Shown here: positions 18,443 through 29,773 of the stretch, piece by piece
Layout of the letters: each line of letters starts with the position of its first letter
Numbering within the stretch: position 1 is the first letter of the stretch
Assembly: GCA_963675525.2 (NCBI GenBank)
Contig: CAXXSL010000008.1
Span: 209,819-273,818 of the forward strand
DNA: 64,000 nt
Direction: 5' to 3'
Origin: Anaerohalosphaeraceae bacterium
Lineage (GTDB): Bacteria > Planctomycetota > Phycisphaerae > Sedimentisphaerales > Anaerohalosphaeraceae
The notes under the pieces: model-generated
What the model was told of the DNA's origin: nothing
Database searches by the model: none
What the model saw: the letters and a program-made list of their open reading frames with translations, nothing else
Position numbers and translations under genes: made by a program

Positions 18443-19843
18443 ATGACGACAAAAACAGAACCTATGATGATTAACGAAAACGAAATCCAACAGGCCCTTG
18501 AAAAAGCCCGCACGGCTGATGCCGCGCAGGTCCGTGAAATTTTATTCAAATCCCTTGAAATGAAGGGGCTGGACGCCAATGACATAGCCGCCCTGACAAC
18601 CCTCAGCGACCCGAAATTGCTGGCCGAGTTATTTGACACGGCCAAAAAAGTCAAAGAAGCCATTTACGGCCGCAGACTGGTGGTCTTCGCCCCGCTGTAT
18701 ATATCCAATCTCTGCAAGAACGAGTGCCTCTATTGTGCATTCCGCGCCAAAAACACCGCGGTCAAACGCCGGGCACTAACACAGGACGAAATCGCCGCTG
18801 AAGTCCAGACCCTTGAAAAACAGGGACACAAGCGTGTGCTGCTGGTGGCAGGCGAATCCTATCCCAGGCAGGGCTTTCAATATGTATTGGACGCCATCGA
18901 AACAGTTTACGCCACTAAAGTCGGCAACGGCGAAATCCGCCGGGTCAATATCAACATCGCCCCGCTGACGGTCGAAGAGTTTAAGCAACTCAAGGCCGCC
19001 GAGATCGGAACGTATCAGTTGTTTCAGGAAACATATCACCGCCAAACCTACGCCAATGTCCACCTTTCCGGTCAAAAGGCCGATTACGATTGGCGTGTTA
19101 CCGCCATCGACCGGGCCATGCAGGCCGGTATAGACGATGTCGGTATCGGTGTGCTGTTCGGTCTGTGTGACTGGCGTTTTGAAATGCTGGCGCTAATGCA
19201 GCACATCGGCCATTTGGAAAATAAATTCGGCGTCGGCCCGCATACGATCAGTGTCCCGCGTCTGGAGCCGGCCACCGGCTCGGATATGGCCGCACATCCC
19301 CCGCAACCGGTCAGCGATATTGACTTTCGTAAAATTGTCGCGATTCTGCGGCTGGCGGTGCCCTATACCGGTATTATTATGTCCACGCGCGAAACGCCGA
19401 AAATGCGGCAGGAAACTTTCGCACTGGGCGTCTCACAGATTTCCGCAGGCAGCCGGACCAATCCCGGCGGATACGCCGAAGGAGAGGATGTCGAAGATGA
19501 AGCACAATTCTCGCTCGGCGACCATCGGCCGTTGGATGAGGTCATTTACGATGTCACATACTTAGGCTATATTCCCTCGTTCTGCACAGGCTGTTATCGG
19601 TTGGGCCGAACGGGACAGGATTTTATGGATCTGGCCAAGCCGGGGCTGATTAAGGAACACTGCGACCCGAACGCCCTTTCGACGTTTTCAGAATACCTGC
19701 TGGATTACGGCTCGGAAAAAACCCGTACCGCCGGAGAGACGCTGATTGACAAAGTACTCGATGAAATGGACGAAATGCCCCGCCAGCGAAGTGAAGCTAT
19801 GCTGGCTAAAATTCGCGATGGACGCCGGGACGTTTTCTGTTAA
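18443..19843 (+). CDS. hydG: [FeFe]-hydrogenase H-cluster radical SAM maturase HydG
   Basis: CKNECLYC, FQETYH, PHTIS, C-terminal CxxC-x22-C. Confidence 0.95.
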   Translation: MTTKTEPMMINENEIQQALEKARTADAAQVREILFKSLEMKGLDANDIAALTTLSDPKLLAELFDTAKKVKEAIYGRRLVVFAPLYISNLCKNECLYCAFRAKNTAVKRRALTQDEIAAEVQTLEKQGHKRVLLVAGESYPRQGFQYVLDAIETVYATKVGNGEIRRVNINIAPLTVEEFKQLKAAEIGTYQLFQETYHRQTYANVHLSGQKADYDWRVTAIDRAMQAGIDDVGIGVLFGLCDWRFEMLALMQHIGHLENKFGVGPHTISVPRLEPATGSDMAAHPPQPVSDIDFRKIVAILRLAVPYTGIIMSTRETPKMRQETFALGVSQISAGSRTNPGGYAEGEDVEDEAQFSLGDHRPLDEVIYDVTYLGYIPSFCTGCYRLGRTGQDFMDLAKPGLIKEHCDPNALSTFSEYLLDYGSEKTRTAGETLIDKVLDEMDEMPRQRSEAMLAKIRDGRRDVFC

Positions 19844-19851
19844 AGGAAAAG

Positions 19852-21084
19852 ATGATGACACAAGCAACCCCCAAAGGATTCAGACTGCATATCGGATTGT
19901 TCGGTAGAAGAAATGTTGGGAAATCCAGCTTACTCAACGCGATTGTGCGTCAGCAGGTTTCTATTGTTTCCGAACACGCCGGAACAACCACCGACCCGGT
20001 TGAAAAACCGATGGAGCTATTGCCTGTCGGTCCGGTACTGTTTATTGATACCGCGGGAATCGACGACGAAGGTTCACTGGGCAATCTGCGTATCGATAAA
20101 ACCCGGAAAATTATTAACCGCACCGATGTCGGTGTCATTGTTACCGATGGCGGATGGACGGACTTTGAAGAAAAACTGCTGGCTGAATTAACGGGGCGTG
20201 ATGTGCCGGTTGTGGTTGTGTTTAATAAAATTGATCTTGCCCATCCTGCCGAGGACATCCTCACCCGGTTTGATGCAAACAAGGTACGGACCGTTAAGAC
20301 CTCATGCCTGCAAAACGACGGCGTGCTGGATTTCCGGCAAGCCCTGCTGGACACGGCCCCGGCTGAGTTCATCGACAACCCCACCATCGCCGGCGACATC
20401 GTCAGAGCCGGTGAAACCGCGATTCTGGTCATACCCATTGACAAAGAAGCGCCAAAAGGACGCTTGATTTTGCCGCAAGTGCAGACCATTCGCGACCTGC
20501 TCGAAAACGATGCGATGTGCATGGTGGTCAAAGACAGCGAACTGACGGCGGCACTGAACACACTCAAACAACCGCCCAAACTGGTCGTAACCGATTCACA
20601 GGCATTTGAAAGAGTCTCTGCCGCAACACCACCCAATGTGATGATGACCGGTTTTTCCGTTTTATACGCCCGCCTCAAAGGCGACCTTGTTACGCAAACA
20701 CTGGGAGCGATGGCCGTTGAACAATTACATCCGGGAGACAATATATTGGTGGCCGAGACATGCACACATCACCCCATCGACGATGACATCGGGCGGATTA
20801 AAATCCCTAAATGGCTGGCGCACTATGTCGGCGGCGAACTCAATTTTACCACCGTGCAGGGACAGGATTTCCCCGACGACCTGTCGCCGTATAAACTGGT
20901 CATTCATTGCGGAGCCTGCATGTGGAACCGCCGGATGATGCTGAACCGCATTTTGAATTGCCGCAAGGCCGGCGTGCCGATTACCAATTACGGCCTGGTC
21001 ATCGCTTATAGTCTGGGTATTTTTGAACGGGCATTACAACCCTTCCCGGCGGCGCTGGAAGCATACCATAACTATGCTAAATGA
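19852..21084 (+). CDS. hydF: [FeFe]-hydrogenase maturation GTPase HydF
   Basis: GRRNVGKS, DTAG, NKID, GRLILPQ, CTHH, HCGAC. Confidence 0.96.
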   Translation: MMTQATPKGFRLHIGLFGRRNVGKSSLLNAIVRQQVSIVSEHAGTTTDPVEKPMELLPVGPVLFIDTAGIDDEGSLGNLRIDKTRKIINRTDVGVIVTDGGWTDFEEKLLAELTGRDVPVVVVFNKIDLAHPAEDILTRFDANKVRTVKTSCLQNDGVLDFRQALLDTAPAEFIDNPTIAGDIVRAGETAILVIPIDKEAPKGRLILPQVQTIRDLLENDAMCMVVKDSELTAALNTLKQPPKLVVTDSQAFERVSAATPPNVMMTGFSVLYARLKGDLVTQTLGAMAVEQLHPGDNILVAETCTHHPIDDDIGRIKIPKWLAHYVGGELNFTTVQGQDFPDDLSPYKLVIHCGACMWNRRMMLNRILNCRKAGVPITNYGLVIAYSLGIFERALQPFPAALEAYHNYAK

Positions 21085-22147
21085 AAATATCACAATCGAA
21101 GAACTCCAGGCCTGGCTCCGCGAAAATGACCTGCAAAAGCTCCAACAACTTTGGGACACTGCTGATGCGGTGCGTAAAGAAAACGTCGGCGACGCAGTTC
21201 ATTTACGCGGCCTCATCGAGATTAGCAATTACTGCGCCCGCCAGTGCACCTATTGCGGTCTGGCCGCCGACAATACAGAAATGACACGCTACCGGATGAA
21301 TGCGGACGAAATATTCGCCTGCGCTAAAGAAGCCGTCGCGTACGGTTACGGCACCGTGGTCATGCAGGCCGGCGAAGACTACGGTATCGAATCACTATGG
21401 TTAGCCGACATCATCAAACACATCAAAGCCGAACTGCCGCTGGCCGTTACGCTCAGCATGGGCGAACGACCTTTGGAAGACCTTAAGCTTTGGCGAGACG
21501 CCGGCACCGATCGTTATCTGCTGCGCTTTGAGACATCCGACAAAAAACTCTATGAGTTGATTCACCCGCCGCTGGCCGACCAGAAACTTGACCGCTTCGA
21601 CATTCTGGATCAACTCAGAAAACTCGGGTACGAAACCGGCTCCGGCGTGATGATCGGCCTTCCCGGACAGACTTACAGCACATTAGCCAGTGATATTGAC
21701 ACTTTTCGTCGATATGATATGGACATGATCGGGGTCGGTCCCTATATCGCCAATCCACTGACACCCCTGGGACGCGGCGAAATTATAACAAACATCAAAC
21801 CTGAAGACCAGGTACATAATACAGAAATGATGACCTACAAAGTCATTGCCCTGGCCCGGCTGGTTTGTCCGCAGGCCAATATCCCCAGCACCACCGCTCT
21901 GGCGACGATCAACAAACAAACAGGGCGGGAATTCGGCCTCATGCGCGGTGCCAATGTCGTCATGCCGAACGTAACCCCCGTTGAATACCGCACCAAATAC
22001 GAAATTTACCCCGGCAAGGCCTGTCTGAACGAAACAGCCGAGCAATGCCAGGGCTGCCTCCGCAACCGCGTCGCTTCGATCGGCAGAAGCATCGGTACAG
22101 GTCCGGGTTCAAGATCGCACGCATCCGAAGGTATCACAGGAGGGTAA
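21074..22147 (+). CDS. hydE: [FeFe]-hydrogenase radical SAM maturase HydE
   Basis: RGLIEISNYCARQCTYCG, YLLRFET, GANVVMPN, YEIYPGK. Confidence 0.94.
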   Translation: MLNENITIEELQAWLRENDLQKLQQLWDTADAVRKENVGDAVHLRGLIEISNYCARQCTYCGLAADNTEMTRYRMNADEIFACAKEAVAYGYGTVVMQAGEDYGIESLWLADIIKHIKAELPLAVTLSMGERPLEDLKLWRDAGTDRYLLRFETSDKKLYELIHPPLADQKLDRFDILDQLRKLGYETGSGVMIGLPGQTYSTLASDIDTFRRYDMDMIGVGPYIANPLTPLGRGEIITNIKPEDQVHNTEMMTYKVIALARLVCPQANIPSTTALATINKQTGREFGLMRGANVVMPNVTPVEYRTKYEIYPGKACLNETAEQCQGCLRNRVASIGRSIGTGPGSRSHASEGITGG

Positions 22148-22197
22148 CGGTTAAAACCGCTTTTTGATTAGCGTTCGAGGCTGACGAAATGATTACT

Positions 22198-23292
22198 TTA
22201 TTGGGGCAATTCTTCGACCGTCAGTAATCTCAGGATATTGGGATAAATCTGGATCAGGTCTCGGAGACCTTTGATCAAATTGGACGGGGTCAAAACTCCA
22301 TATGTATCTGCCTCTTTGTCATAAACCGGCAAACAGGTAAGATTGTTTTCAAGTATCGTATCACAGACTTCCCAGAAGAAAACCTCTCCCTGAACAAAAT
22401 GTTTCTCCGGCTGCATGATATCTGAGATTGTTATATCGCGCAGTGCCGCACGGCTGAGTTTACCTTCATAGAGAATGTCTTCCTCAGTGTTGCCCACTCG
22501 AAGTCCGGCCAGAAATCCCAGAACATCCCGGTCAGAAACAAAACCGGAAAATATCCCCTCATCCGTCAGAACGGGAATATTTCGGCCGTATCCGGATGCA
22601 AAAAGACTCATTGCTTTCATCAGGTCATCCTGCTCTTCAAGAAACAACGTGGGCTTATGCATCATTTGTCTGGCCTTAAAGGGGCCCTTTTGAAGCATTT
22701 CCATAAAATTCAACAAACACAACGAAAGAACCTGATTCATTTCACCGGTTTCATCATTGAGAATAATGTCAAAGATATTTCCCAATCGATGCAGCAGCCG
22801 CAAAACATCACGGCTTTGGATGCAACCGGCTCCCTGAGTACCGTCTGCAACCAACACTGAATCCAGGCTTTCAACTGACAACGCGGCAATGGCACGTTCC
22901 ATTCCGGAATCGGCCGAAATCGACCTTATTTTATGACGCATGACCTTTGAGACCGGGTAGTTCAGAACGTCCCAGTCATAGTAGCTTCGTTCAAGCGGCG
23001 ATGTTGAAGAAACGATATCGCCAAAAATATCTTTGGCGCGAATGCTCCCGATGAAAGTATGTTCTTGATCACTCGTTCCGTACATCACCCGCACCGGCAA
23101 TTGGACCAGCCCATTTTTATGCATTGTTTTCAACGACGCAATCACCGGTTCGGTGGACCATGCTGCTGGAATATAGTCGTCCATGATGTCCTGAACACGC
23201 AAATTACTGCTCAGGGCCAACGGTATTGAGCTTGAATGAGCTGTCTTTTCTGCAGAAAATACCTCAGACTTTTCCAACCAGCTTGAGTTCAT
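22198..23292 (-). CDS. Multi-CBS-domain protein
   Basis: Repeated CBS signatures (VQDIM, VSKVM, ARQMM, ISDIM; LPV; GFVSDRDV). Confidence 0.75.
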   Translation of the reverse strand: MNSSWLEKSEVFSAEKTAHSSSIPLALSSNLRVQDIMDDYIPAAWSTEPVIASLKTMHKNGLVQLPVRVMYGTSDQEHTFIGSIRAKDIFGDIVSSTSPLERSYYDWDVLNYPVSKVMRHKIRSISADSGMERAIAALSVESLDSVLVADGTQGAGCIQSRDVLRLLHRLGNIFDIILNDETGEMNQVLSLCLLNFMEMLQKGPFKARQMMHKPTLFLEEQDDLMKAMSLFASGYGRNIPVLTDEGIFSGFVSDRDVLGFLAGLRVGNTEEDILYEGKLSRAALRDITISDIMQPEKHFVQGEVFFWEVCDTILENNLTCLPVYDKEADTYGVLTPSNLIKGLRDLIQIYPNILRLLTVEELPQ

Positions 23293-23539
23293 AAATTACT
23301 CCATTACCTTTCGTTGGGAGAAGTTTATCTCCCGACAGAATCTGCCTTACTATATATAAAGATTACAATACATGCTGATTATCGTCAAATTTCAGGCTGT
23401 CGATAACTTCGATTTCTGAATGTTGGAAAATTAGACCAGACCGATAATACCCTGTTTCTGGGAAACAAAAAGGATACTTATCGGACGCAGACGATTGAGG
23501 CCATGATGGCCTTTGACCGCTGAATATGTACCGATAAAA

Positions 23540-24706
23540 TTATGAGCTGGTTTTCACAAAGGGACTCAATTCACGAAGCCGATTGATAATAGGCGCTATT
23601 TTTTCGATCACAAAATCGACATCCGCTTCGGTATTATAGCGGCTGAGACTGAAACGAATCGATCCATGGGCGGCGGTAAACGGCACCCCCATCGCTCGAA
23701 GCACATGAGACGGTTCCAGCGAGCCGGACGTGCAGGCCGAACCGGAACTTGCACAAATGCCGAACTGGTCAAGCATCATCAGGATCGACTCGCCTTCGAT
23801 ATATTCAAAACTAATATTGGTTGTATTAGGCAGGCGATTCTTTGGATCGCCATTGACAAAGCAGTCGGGACAGGATTCCAGAATCCCTTTTTCCAGCTTA
23901 CCCCGCAGTGCTTTAACCCTTGTATTTTCTTCATTCATATGGCTCAGGGCCAGTTCACACGCCTTGCCAAGTCCGATAATACCGGGAATATTCTCCGTAC
24001 CGCCTCGCCGGCCCGATTCCTGATGACCACCATGCATAAATGTACCCAACCGGGTTCCCCTGCGCACATACAGCACACCAACGCCTTTGGGGGCATGGAG
24101 TTTGTGACCGGACAAACTCAGCAGATCAATCGCGCTGTCTTTAAGATTTAAAGGTATTTTTCCGACAACCTGAACGGCATCGGTATGAAATACAATCCCG
24201 CGGGCAGAGACGATTTCGGCAATCTGTTCAACCGGGAAAATAACACCTGTCTCGTTATTCGCATACATCACCGAAACAATCGCAGTATTGTCATCCATTC
24301 GGAAGCCCAATTCGTCAATATCCAGACAACCCTGCGGGTCCACACTGATCTCGCTGACACTGTAGCCGTGACGTTCCAGATCGCGGCAGGTTGTCAGAAC
24401 CGCTGGATGTTCAACACGTGTGGTTACAACCTTCCGCCGGTTGGGGTGCATTTCGAGCGTTCCCTTGATGGCAGAATTGTCGCTTTCGGTTCCGCAACTG
24501 GTAAAAATGATCTCGTCCGGCTCACATCCCAGTAATGCAGCGACCTGTTCCCTGGCCCGTGCAACCTCTTTGCCGACACTGCCACCGAACGTGTGCATAC
24601 TGGATGGATTGCCGTATTTTTCATTCAGGTAGGGCAGCATCGCTTCAATTACTTCATCGGCCACTTTCGTGGTCGCATTGTTATCCATATAAATGACGTT
24701 TGCCAT
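23540..24706 (-). CDS. nifS: Cysteine desulfurase NifS/IscS
   Basis: MDNNATT, SGHKLHAPKG, SSGSACTS. Confidence 0.93.
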   Translation of the reverse strand: MANVIYMDNNATTKVADEVIEAMLPYLNEKYGNPSSMHTFGGSVGKEVARAREQVAALLGCEPDEIIFTSCGTESDNSAIKGTLEMHPNRRKVVTTRVEHPAVLTTCRDLERHGYSVSEISVDPQGCLDIDELGFRMDDNTAIVSVMYANNETGVIFPVEQIAEIVSARGIVFHTDAVQVVGKIPLNLKDSAIDLLSLSGHKLHAPKGVGVLYVRRGTRLGTFMHGGHQESGRRGGTENIPGIIGLGKACELALSHMNEENTRVKALRGKLEKGILESCPDCFVNGDPKNRLPNTTNISFEYIEGESILMMLDQFGICASSGSACTSGSLEPSHVLRAMGVPFTAAHGSIRFSLSRYNTEADVDFVIEKIAPIINRLRELSPFVKTSS

Positions 24707-24731
24707 GGGAACTACTCCCGTAAAATCAGAT

Positions 24732-25589
24732 TTAATCCTTCAATTCCTCAACGTAAAGATGCTCGCTGACAAACTCCCTGAGCCGGACCTCTACAACATC
24801 CCGCATTGTATATTCGGCCATTTTGCACTGTGCGCACATGCCGCGAAAAGCAACAAGGACCTTGTCGCCTTCAACATCGATCAAATCGATATCTCCGCCG
24901 TCCGCCCGCAATGCCGGGCGTATCTGCTCATTGATGGTTTGCTGAATAAGCTGAATTTTCTGAATGTTCGTAAGCTTAGCGGGTCGGGCGGGTTTTTCCT
25001 TGTGAACCACATGTGCCTTCTGACCCTGGACTTCTTCAATGAGTTCAGCAATACGCTCTTTACAGCCCCCACAACCGCCGCCAGCTTTACAAAAATTCGT
25101 AACACTGTCAACTGCCGTCAAATCATTTTCATGCACGACCTTGCGAATCTCTTCATCCGTCACACCAAAACAGGTACACACAATGTTGCCTTTGGGGACC
25201 TCGGGAACCTTGCCGCCTTTCCGCTTGTAATAATCCTGAATCGCAGCTTCAAGGGCTTCCTGCCCCATGACCGAACAATGCATTTTTTGATCGGGGAGGC
25301 CGCCAAGTCGTTCGACAATATCCTTGTTTGTCACAGCGGCGGCTTCCTCAAGCGTCATCCCTTTGATCATCTCGGTTAAAACCGACGAGGAAGCGATCGC
25401 ACTGGCACAGCCGAAGGTTTGGAACTTTACATCCTTGATCCGGCCGTTTTCATCCAATTTAAACATCAGCGTCAGTGCATCACCGCAAGCCAGCGACCCA
25501 ACTTCGCCCACACCGTCAGGATCATTTAATTTTCCGACATTTCGCGGGCGATGAAACTGATCCATCACTTTATCCGTATAATCCCACAT
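24732..25589 (-). CDS. nifU: Three-domain Fe-S scaffold NifU
   Basis: IscU domain (ACGD, FGC, MHC), BFD-like [2Fe-2S] (CTC...CGGC), Nfu domain (CAQC). Confidence 0.95.
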   Translation of the reverse strand: MWDYTDKVMDQFHRPRNVGKLNDPDGVGEVGSLACGDALTLMFKLDENGRIKDVKFQTFGCASAIASSSVLTEMIKGMTLEEAAAVTNKDIVERLGGLPDQKMHCSVMGQEALEAAIQDYYKRKGGKVPEVPKGNIVCTCFGVTDEEIRKVVHENDLTAVDSVTNFCKAGGGCGGCKERIAELIEEVQGQKAHVVHKEKPARPAKLTNIQKIQLIQQTINEQIRPALRADGGDIDLIDVEGDKVLVAFRGMCAQCKMAEYTMRDVVEVRLREFVSEHLYVEELKD

Positions 25590-25611
25590 CTCTTTATTCC
25601 CTTAGGATATT

Positions 25612-26901
25612 CTATTTCTGACTGGTTTTTAAAGCCTGATCGAAATCATCAATAATATCATCGATGTGTTCGGTTCCCACGGAGACACGAACATAGTCCG
25701 GCGTCACGCCGGCGGCCAACTGTTCCTGTTCGTTCAACTGCTGGTGGGTTGTACTGGCCGGGTGGATCACCAGCGTCTTGCTGTCCAGAACATTGGCCAA
25801 ATGGCTGGCCAACTCAACATGATCGATGAACTTCTTGCCGGCTTCGATGCCGCCTTTTATACCAAAGCCAAGAATCGCGCCCTGTCCATCCGGTAAATAT
25901 TTCTTGGCTAAATCATAATTCGGATGGGACGGCAAGCCCGGATAATTAATCCAACTGACAGCCGGATGCTTTTCAAGAAACGTCGCTAACGCCAACGCAT
26001 TTTCACAATGACGGGGCGCACGCAAGTGCAGGGTTTCAACCCCTTGCAGCAGGAGAAATGCATTGAATGGAGACAAACAACCGCCGGTGTCACGCAGGAT
26101 ATTGGTGCGAATCTTAATAATATAGGCCAAGGGGCCCAGCGCTTCGTAATATTTCAGGCCGTGATAGCTCGGATCCGGTTCGGTCAGACCCGGAAACTTG
26201 CCATTGTCCCATTTGAAGTTACCCGAATCGACAACAACCCCGCCAACGCTCGTACCATGACCGCCTATTATTTTTGTACAAGAATGAACCACAATATCGA
26301 TGCCGTGCTCAATGGGTCGAAACAGCATCGGAGAGGTCACCGTATTATCACAAATCACCGGCAGACGATGATCATGAGCGATCTTTGTGATGGCTTTATA
26401 GTCCAGCACATCATTTTTCGGATTTCCGATCGACTCAATATAGATCAACTTCGTATTGTCTTTGATCGCCTTGGCAAAATTCTGAGGATCGTTGGGATCG
26501 ACCATCGTGAACTCAATTCCCATTTTCGGAAGCGTATGCGTAAACAGAGTGCAGGTGCCGCCATAAAGTGAATTTGATGAAACAACATGTGAACCGGCCG
26601 GGGCAATATTCTGTATCGCCGCGGTGATCGCCGCCATCCCGGAACTGAAGGCACAGGCCGCGATGCCGCCTTCCAATGCCGCCAGACGTTTTTCGAGGAC
26701 ATCCGTCGTCGGGTTCATCAGACGCGTATAAATATTGCCGAATTCCTTGAGCCCGAACAGATTCGCCGCGTGATCGGTATCTTTAAACAAATAGCTTGTT
26801 GTCTGATAGATCGGGACGGCCCGGCTCAGCGTTGTTGGATCCACTTCCTGTCCGGCATGTAACGCTAATGTATCAAGTTTATATGTCTTTTCATTTTCCA
26901 T
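25612..26901 (-). CDS. metY: O-acetylhomoserine sulfhydrylase
   Basis: [34 protein letters not shown]. Confidence 0.9.
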   Translation of the reverse strand: MENEKTYKLDTLALHAGQEVDPTTLSRAVPIYQTTSYLFKDTDHAANLFGLKEFGNIYTRLMNPTTDVLEKRLAALEGGIAACAFSSGMAAITAAIQNIAPAGSHVVSSNSLYGGTCTLFTHTLPKMGIEFTMVDPNDPQNFAKAIKDNTKLIYIESIGNPKNDVLDYKAITKIAHDHRLPVICDNTVTSPMLFRPIEHGIDIVVHSCTKIIGGHGTSVGGVVVDSGNFKWDNGKFPGLTEPDPSYHGLKYYEALGPLAYIIKIRTNILRDTGGCLSPFNAFLLLQGVETLHLRAPRHCENALALATFLEKHPAVSWINYPGLPSHPNYDLAKKYLPDGQGAILGFGIKGGIEAGKKFIDHVELASHLANVLDSKTLVIHPASTTHQQLNEQEQLAAGVTPDYVRVSVGTEHIDDIIDDFDQALKTSQK

Positions 26902-26936
26902 GAATATTCCTTACGTAAAAAAGAGAGTTTTATTTT

Positions 26937-27851
26937 CTATTTCGGCAATATTTCGATCATTCGGTCCAGCGACCTTTTTGCGTCCGAGGCAACCGACTCC
27001 GGAACAGTAATGCGATATTGCATGTCCTGCAGTGCCCATAATACTTTTTCTACCGATATCTTCTTCATGTTCGGACAGATCGCTTTTTCCGTAACGGGAT
27101 AAAAGTATTTGTCAGGATTTTGTTTTTTCAGTGTATGTAAAATCCCGTTTTCTGTCGCAATAATAAATTCTCTGGCACTGCTTGTTTTCGCAAATTTCAG
27201 CATTTGCCCCGTACTGAGCAATTCATCCGCCAACACCCGAACTTCCGGGTTGCACTCCGGATGGGCCAGAAGCACTGCTTCCGGATGTTCCTGTTTGGCT
27301 TCACGAACATCTTCGGCACGAATCCGAACATGCGTCGAGCAATAACCCGGCCAAAGAATCATTTCCCGAGCAGTTCTTTCATTAATAAATCCGCCTAAAT
27401 TTTTATCCGGCACGAACAGGATCTGCCTGTCTTTAGGCAAGGACTCAACTAACTCCAAAGCATTGCCGCTGGTACAGCAATAATCGCTCAAGGCCTTGAC
27501 TTCAGCCGTCGAATTCACATAGCAGACCACCAATGCATCGGGGTATTTATCTTTCATCTCCTGAAGCTGTGCCGCGTTAATCATATCCGCCATTGGGCAG
27601 CCGGCATCTTTTTCCGGCAGCAGGATTGTCTTTTTCGGTGACAAGATCGCCGCCGTTTCAGCCATAAACCGCACACCGCAAAATACGATTGTCTCCGCAT
27701 CGGTCCGGGCAGCCTGCACGCTCAAGCCCAGTGAGTCTCCGGCATAATCGGCCAGGTCCTGAATTGGGCCGGGTTGATAATTGTGTGCCAGGATTACCGC
27801 GTTACGCTCTTTTTTTAATTTCTGTATTTTTTCCAGTAATTCTACACTCAC
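26937..27851 (-). CDS. nadA: Quinolinate synthase
   Basis: LAHNYQ, CGVRFMAE, AGCPMA, YVNS, HPEC, CPNM. Confidence 0.96.
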   Translation of the reverse strand: MSVELLEKIQKLKKERNAVILAHNYQPGPIQDLADYAGDSLGLSVQAARTDAETIVFCGVRFMAETAAILSPKKTILLPEKDAGCPMADMINAAQLQEMKDKYPDALVVCYVNSTAEVKALSDYCCTSGNALELVESLPKDRQILFVPDKNLGGFINERTAREMILWPGYCSTHVRIRAEDVREAKQEHPEAVLLAHPECNPEVRVLADELLSTGQMLKFAKTSSAREFIIATENGILHTLKKQNPDKYFYPVTEKAICPNMKKISVEKVLWALQDMQYRITVPESVASDAKRSLDRMIEILPK

Positions 27852-28786
27852 AAATAATACTCCAATTGATCGCCAAAACCCGGCCCTTTTTTCTTATACA
27901 GCGCCTCCGGCTTAGTAATCGTTACCACCGTTCCCGACGGCACCGACTCGCGAATCCAGACATTGCCGCCGATCACCGCACCTTTACCAATGACAATATC
28001 GCCAAGAATCGTCGCTTCGGCATAAACCGTCACTTCATCCTCCAGGGTCGGATGCCGTTTCTTGTCACGAATGATCTGTCCCCTTTCGTCTTTCGGGAAG
28101 CTGATCGCCCCGAGCGTTACACCCTGGTAAATCTTTACATTATTTCCAATCACCGCCGTTTCGCCGATCACCACACCGGTTCCATGGTCAATGAAAAACC
28201 GGTTGCCGATAGTAGCCCCCGGATGAATATCGATCCCCGTCCGTGAATGCGCATATTCGGCCATGATTCTCGGGATCAGCGGGACGTCCATCAAAAAAAG
28301 TTCATGAGCAACCCGATGAATTGTAATGACAATCATATGCGGGTAACTGATGACGATCTCTTCGAACGACTTGGCCGCCGGGTCACCCTCGAACGCTGCT
28401 TCAACATCGTCTTTGAGCTTGTGCCGAATATCCGGAATCCGGTTTAATAATTCACTGGCATGATGAATGGATAAATTGGCACAATCACACGTTGAACACT
28501 CCTGCAATCTGCACTCATGCCGCAGCGCCAATTCGATCTGCTCGGCCAACTCGCGCCGGATCACCACCAAAAGTTCATGCACAACAGAGCCAATGGTATC
28601 GCGCGTTACTTTACGCTTGCCCGTATAGCCCGGAAACAACAGCTCCATACAGAGCTCGAGAATGTTGACGATCTTATCACGCACCGGAAGATTTCGAACA
28701 TCAATAAAATTGATGCCCGAATCGCCTTCGTATGTAGAAACAATCCGCTCGGACAGTTCGCCAAAATCAAAGTCAGGTTGGTTCAT
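27848..28786 (-). CDS. cysE: Serine O-acetyltransferase (EpsC/CysE type)
   Basis: GDPAA, GIDIHPGA, FIDHGTGVVIGET, KRHP. Confidence 0.92.
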   Translation of the reverse strand: MNQPDFDFGELSERIVSTYEGDSGINFIDVRNLPVRDKIVNILELCMELLFPGYTGKRKVTRDTIGSVVHELLVVIRRELAEQIELALRHECRLQECSTCDCANLSIHHASELLNRIPDIRHKLKDDVEAAFEGDPAAKSFEEIVISYPHMIVITIHRVAHELFLMDVPLIPRIMAEYAHSRTGIDIHPGATIGNRFFIDHGTGVVIGETAVIGNNVKIYQGVTLGAISFPKDERGQIIRDKKRHPTLEDEVTVYAEATILGDIVIGKGAVIGGNVWIRESVPSGTVVTITKPEALYKKKGPGFGDQLEYYL

Positions 28787-28816
28787 TTCTGCCGTTTCCT
28801 GTGTTGTTAAAAATTA

Positions 28817-29749
28817 CTATTGCGACAGATGAGCGTACAAATCGGTCGAAAGATATCGTTCTCCCGTATCACACATGATAAAAACGATCATCTTGCCGGC
28901 ATTTTCCGGTTTTCGGGAAAGTTCTATTGCCGCATGACAGGCCGCCCCGGCACTGATTCCACCCAAAATTCCTTCCAGAGAAGCCATTTGCCTGGACGCT
29001 TCAATGGCTTGTTCATTGGTCACCGTAACAATCTTATCGTAAACAGAAGTGTTCAGGACACAGGGAACAAACCCAGCACCAATCCCTTGGATTTTATGCG
29101 GACCGGGATTACCCCCGGATAAAACCGGAGAATCCGTCGGCTCAATAGCTACCACCTCGATGGAAGATTTTTTTTGCTTGAGTACTTCGCCGCAACCGGT
29201 TATCGTCCCTCCCGTTCCGACACCGGACACCAGAATATCGACTTTGCCGTCGGTGTCGTCCCAAATCTCCAAACCGGTTGTCTCACGATGAATCTGGGGG
29301 TTGGCGGGATTATTAAACTGCTGCAGAATCAACGAATTGGGCGTTTTTGCCTGAAGCTTTTCAGCCTCCTCGATCGCCCCTTTCATGCCCTGCGTCGCCG
29401 GAGTCAGAACAATCTCGGCCCCCAGCATTTTCAGCAGTTTACGCCGCTCCAAGCTCATGGATTCCGGCATCGTCAGAATCAAACGGTAACCTCGAGCCGC
29501 ACAGACAAAGGCCAGCCCAATACCGGTATTCCCGCTGGTCGGCTCGATCAGAATAGTTTCCTTATCGATCTTGCCGGCCCTTTCGGCGGTATCAATCATG
29601 GATGCCGCGATTCGGTCCTTTACCGAACCACACGGATTGAACGACTCCATTTTCGCCAGCACGGTCGAATCCGACGGTGCCATCCGATTCAATTTTACTA
29701 ACGGCGTATGTCCCACAGTCGCCACGATGTTTTCATAAATCTTGCCCAT
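28817..29749 (-). CDS. cysK: Cysteine synthase A
   Basis: SVKDR, EPTSGNTG, GVGTGGT, HKIQGIG, GERYLST. Confidence 0.96.
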   Translation of the reverse strand: MGKIYENIVATVGHTPLVKLNRMAPSDSTVLAKMESFNPCGSVKDRIAASMIDTAERAGKIDKETILIEPTSGNTGIGLAFVCAARGYRLILTMPESMSLERRKLLKMLGAEIVLTPATQGMKGAIEEAEKLQAKTPNSLILQQFNNPANPQIHRETTGLEIWDDTDGKVDILVSGVGTGGTITGCGEVLKQKKSSIEVVAIEPTDSPVLSGGNPGPHKIQGIGAGFVPCVLNTSVYDKIVTVTNEQAIEASRQMASLEGILGGISAGAACHAAIELSRKPENAGKMIVFIMCDTGERYLSTDLYAHLSQ

Positions 29750-29773
29750 AATGACCTCATCAAATAGTGACAA

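Noticed and set aside
23498..23512. AGGCCAT-G-ATGGCCT palindrome matching the IS inverted-repeat core
   Set aside because: The 7-bp match is likely chance; no other IS sequence nearby.
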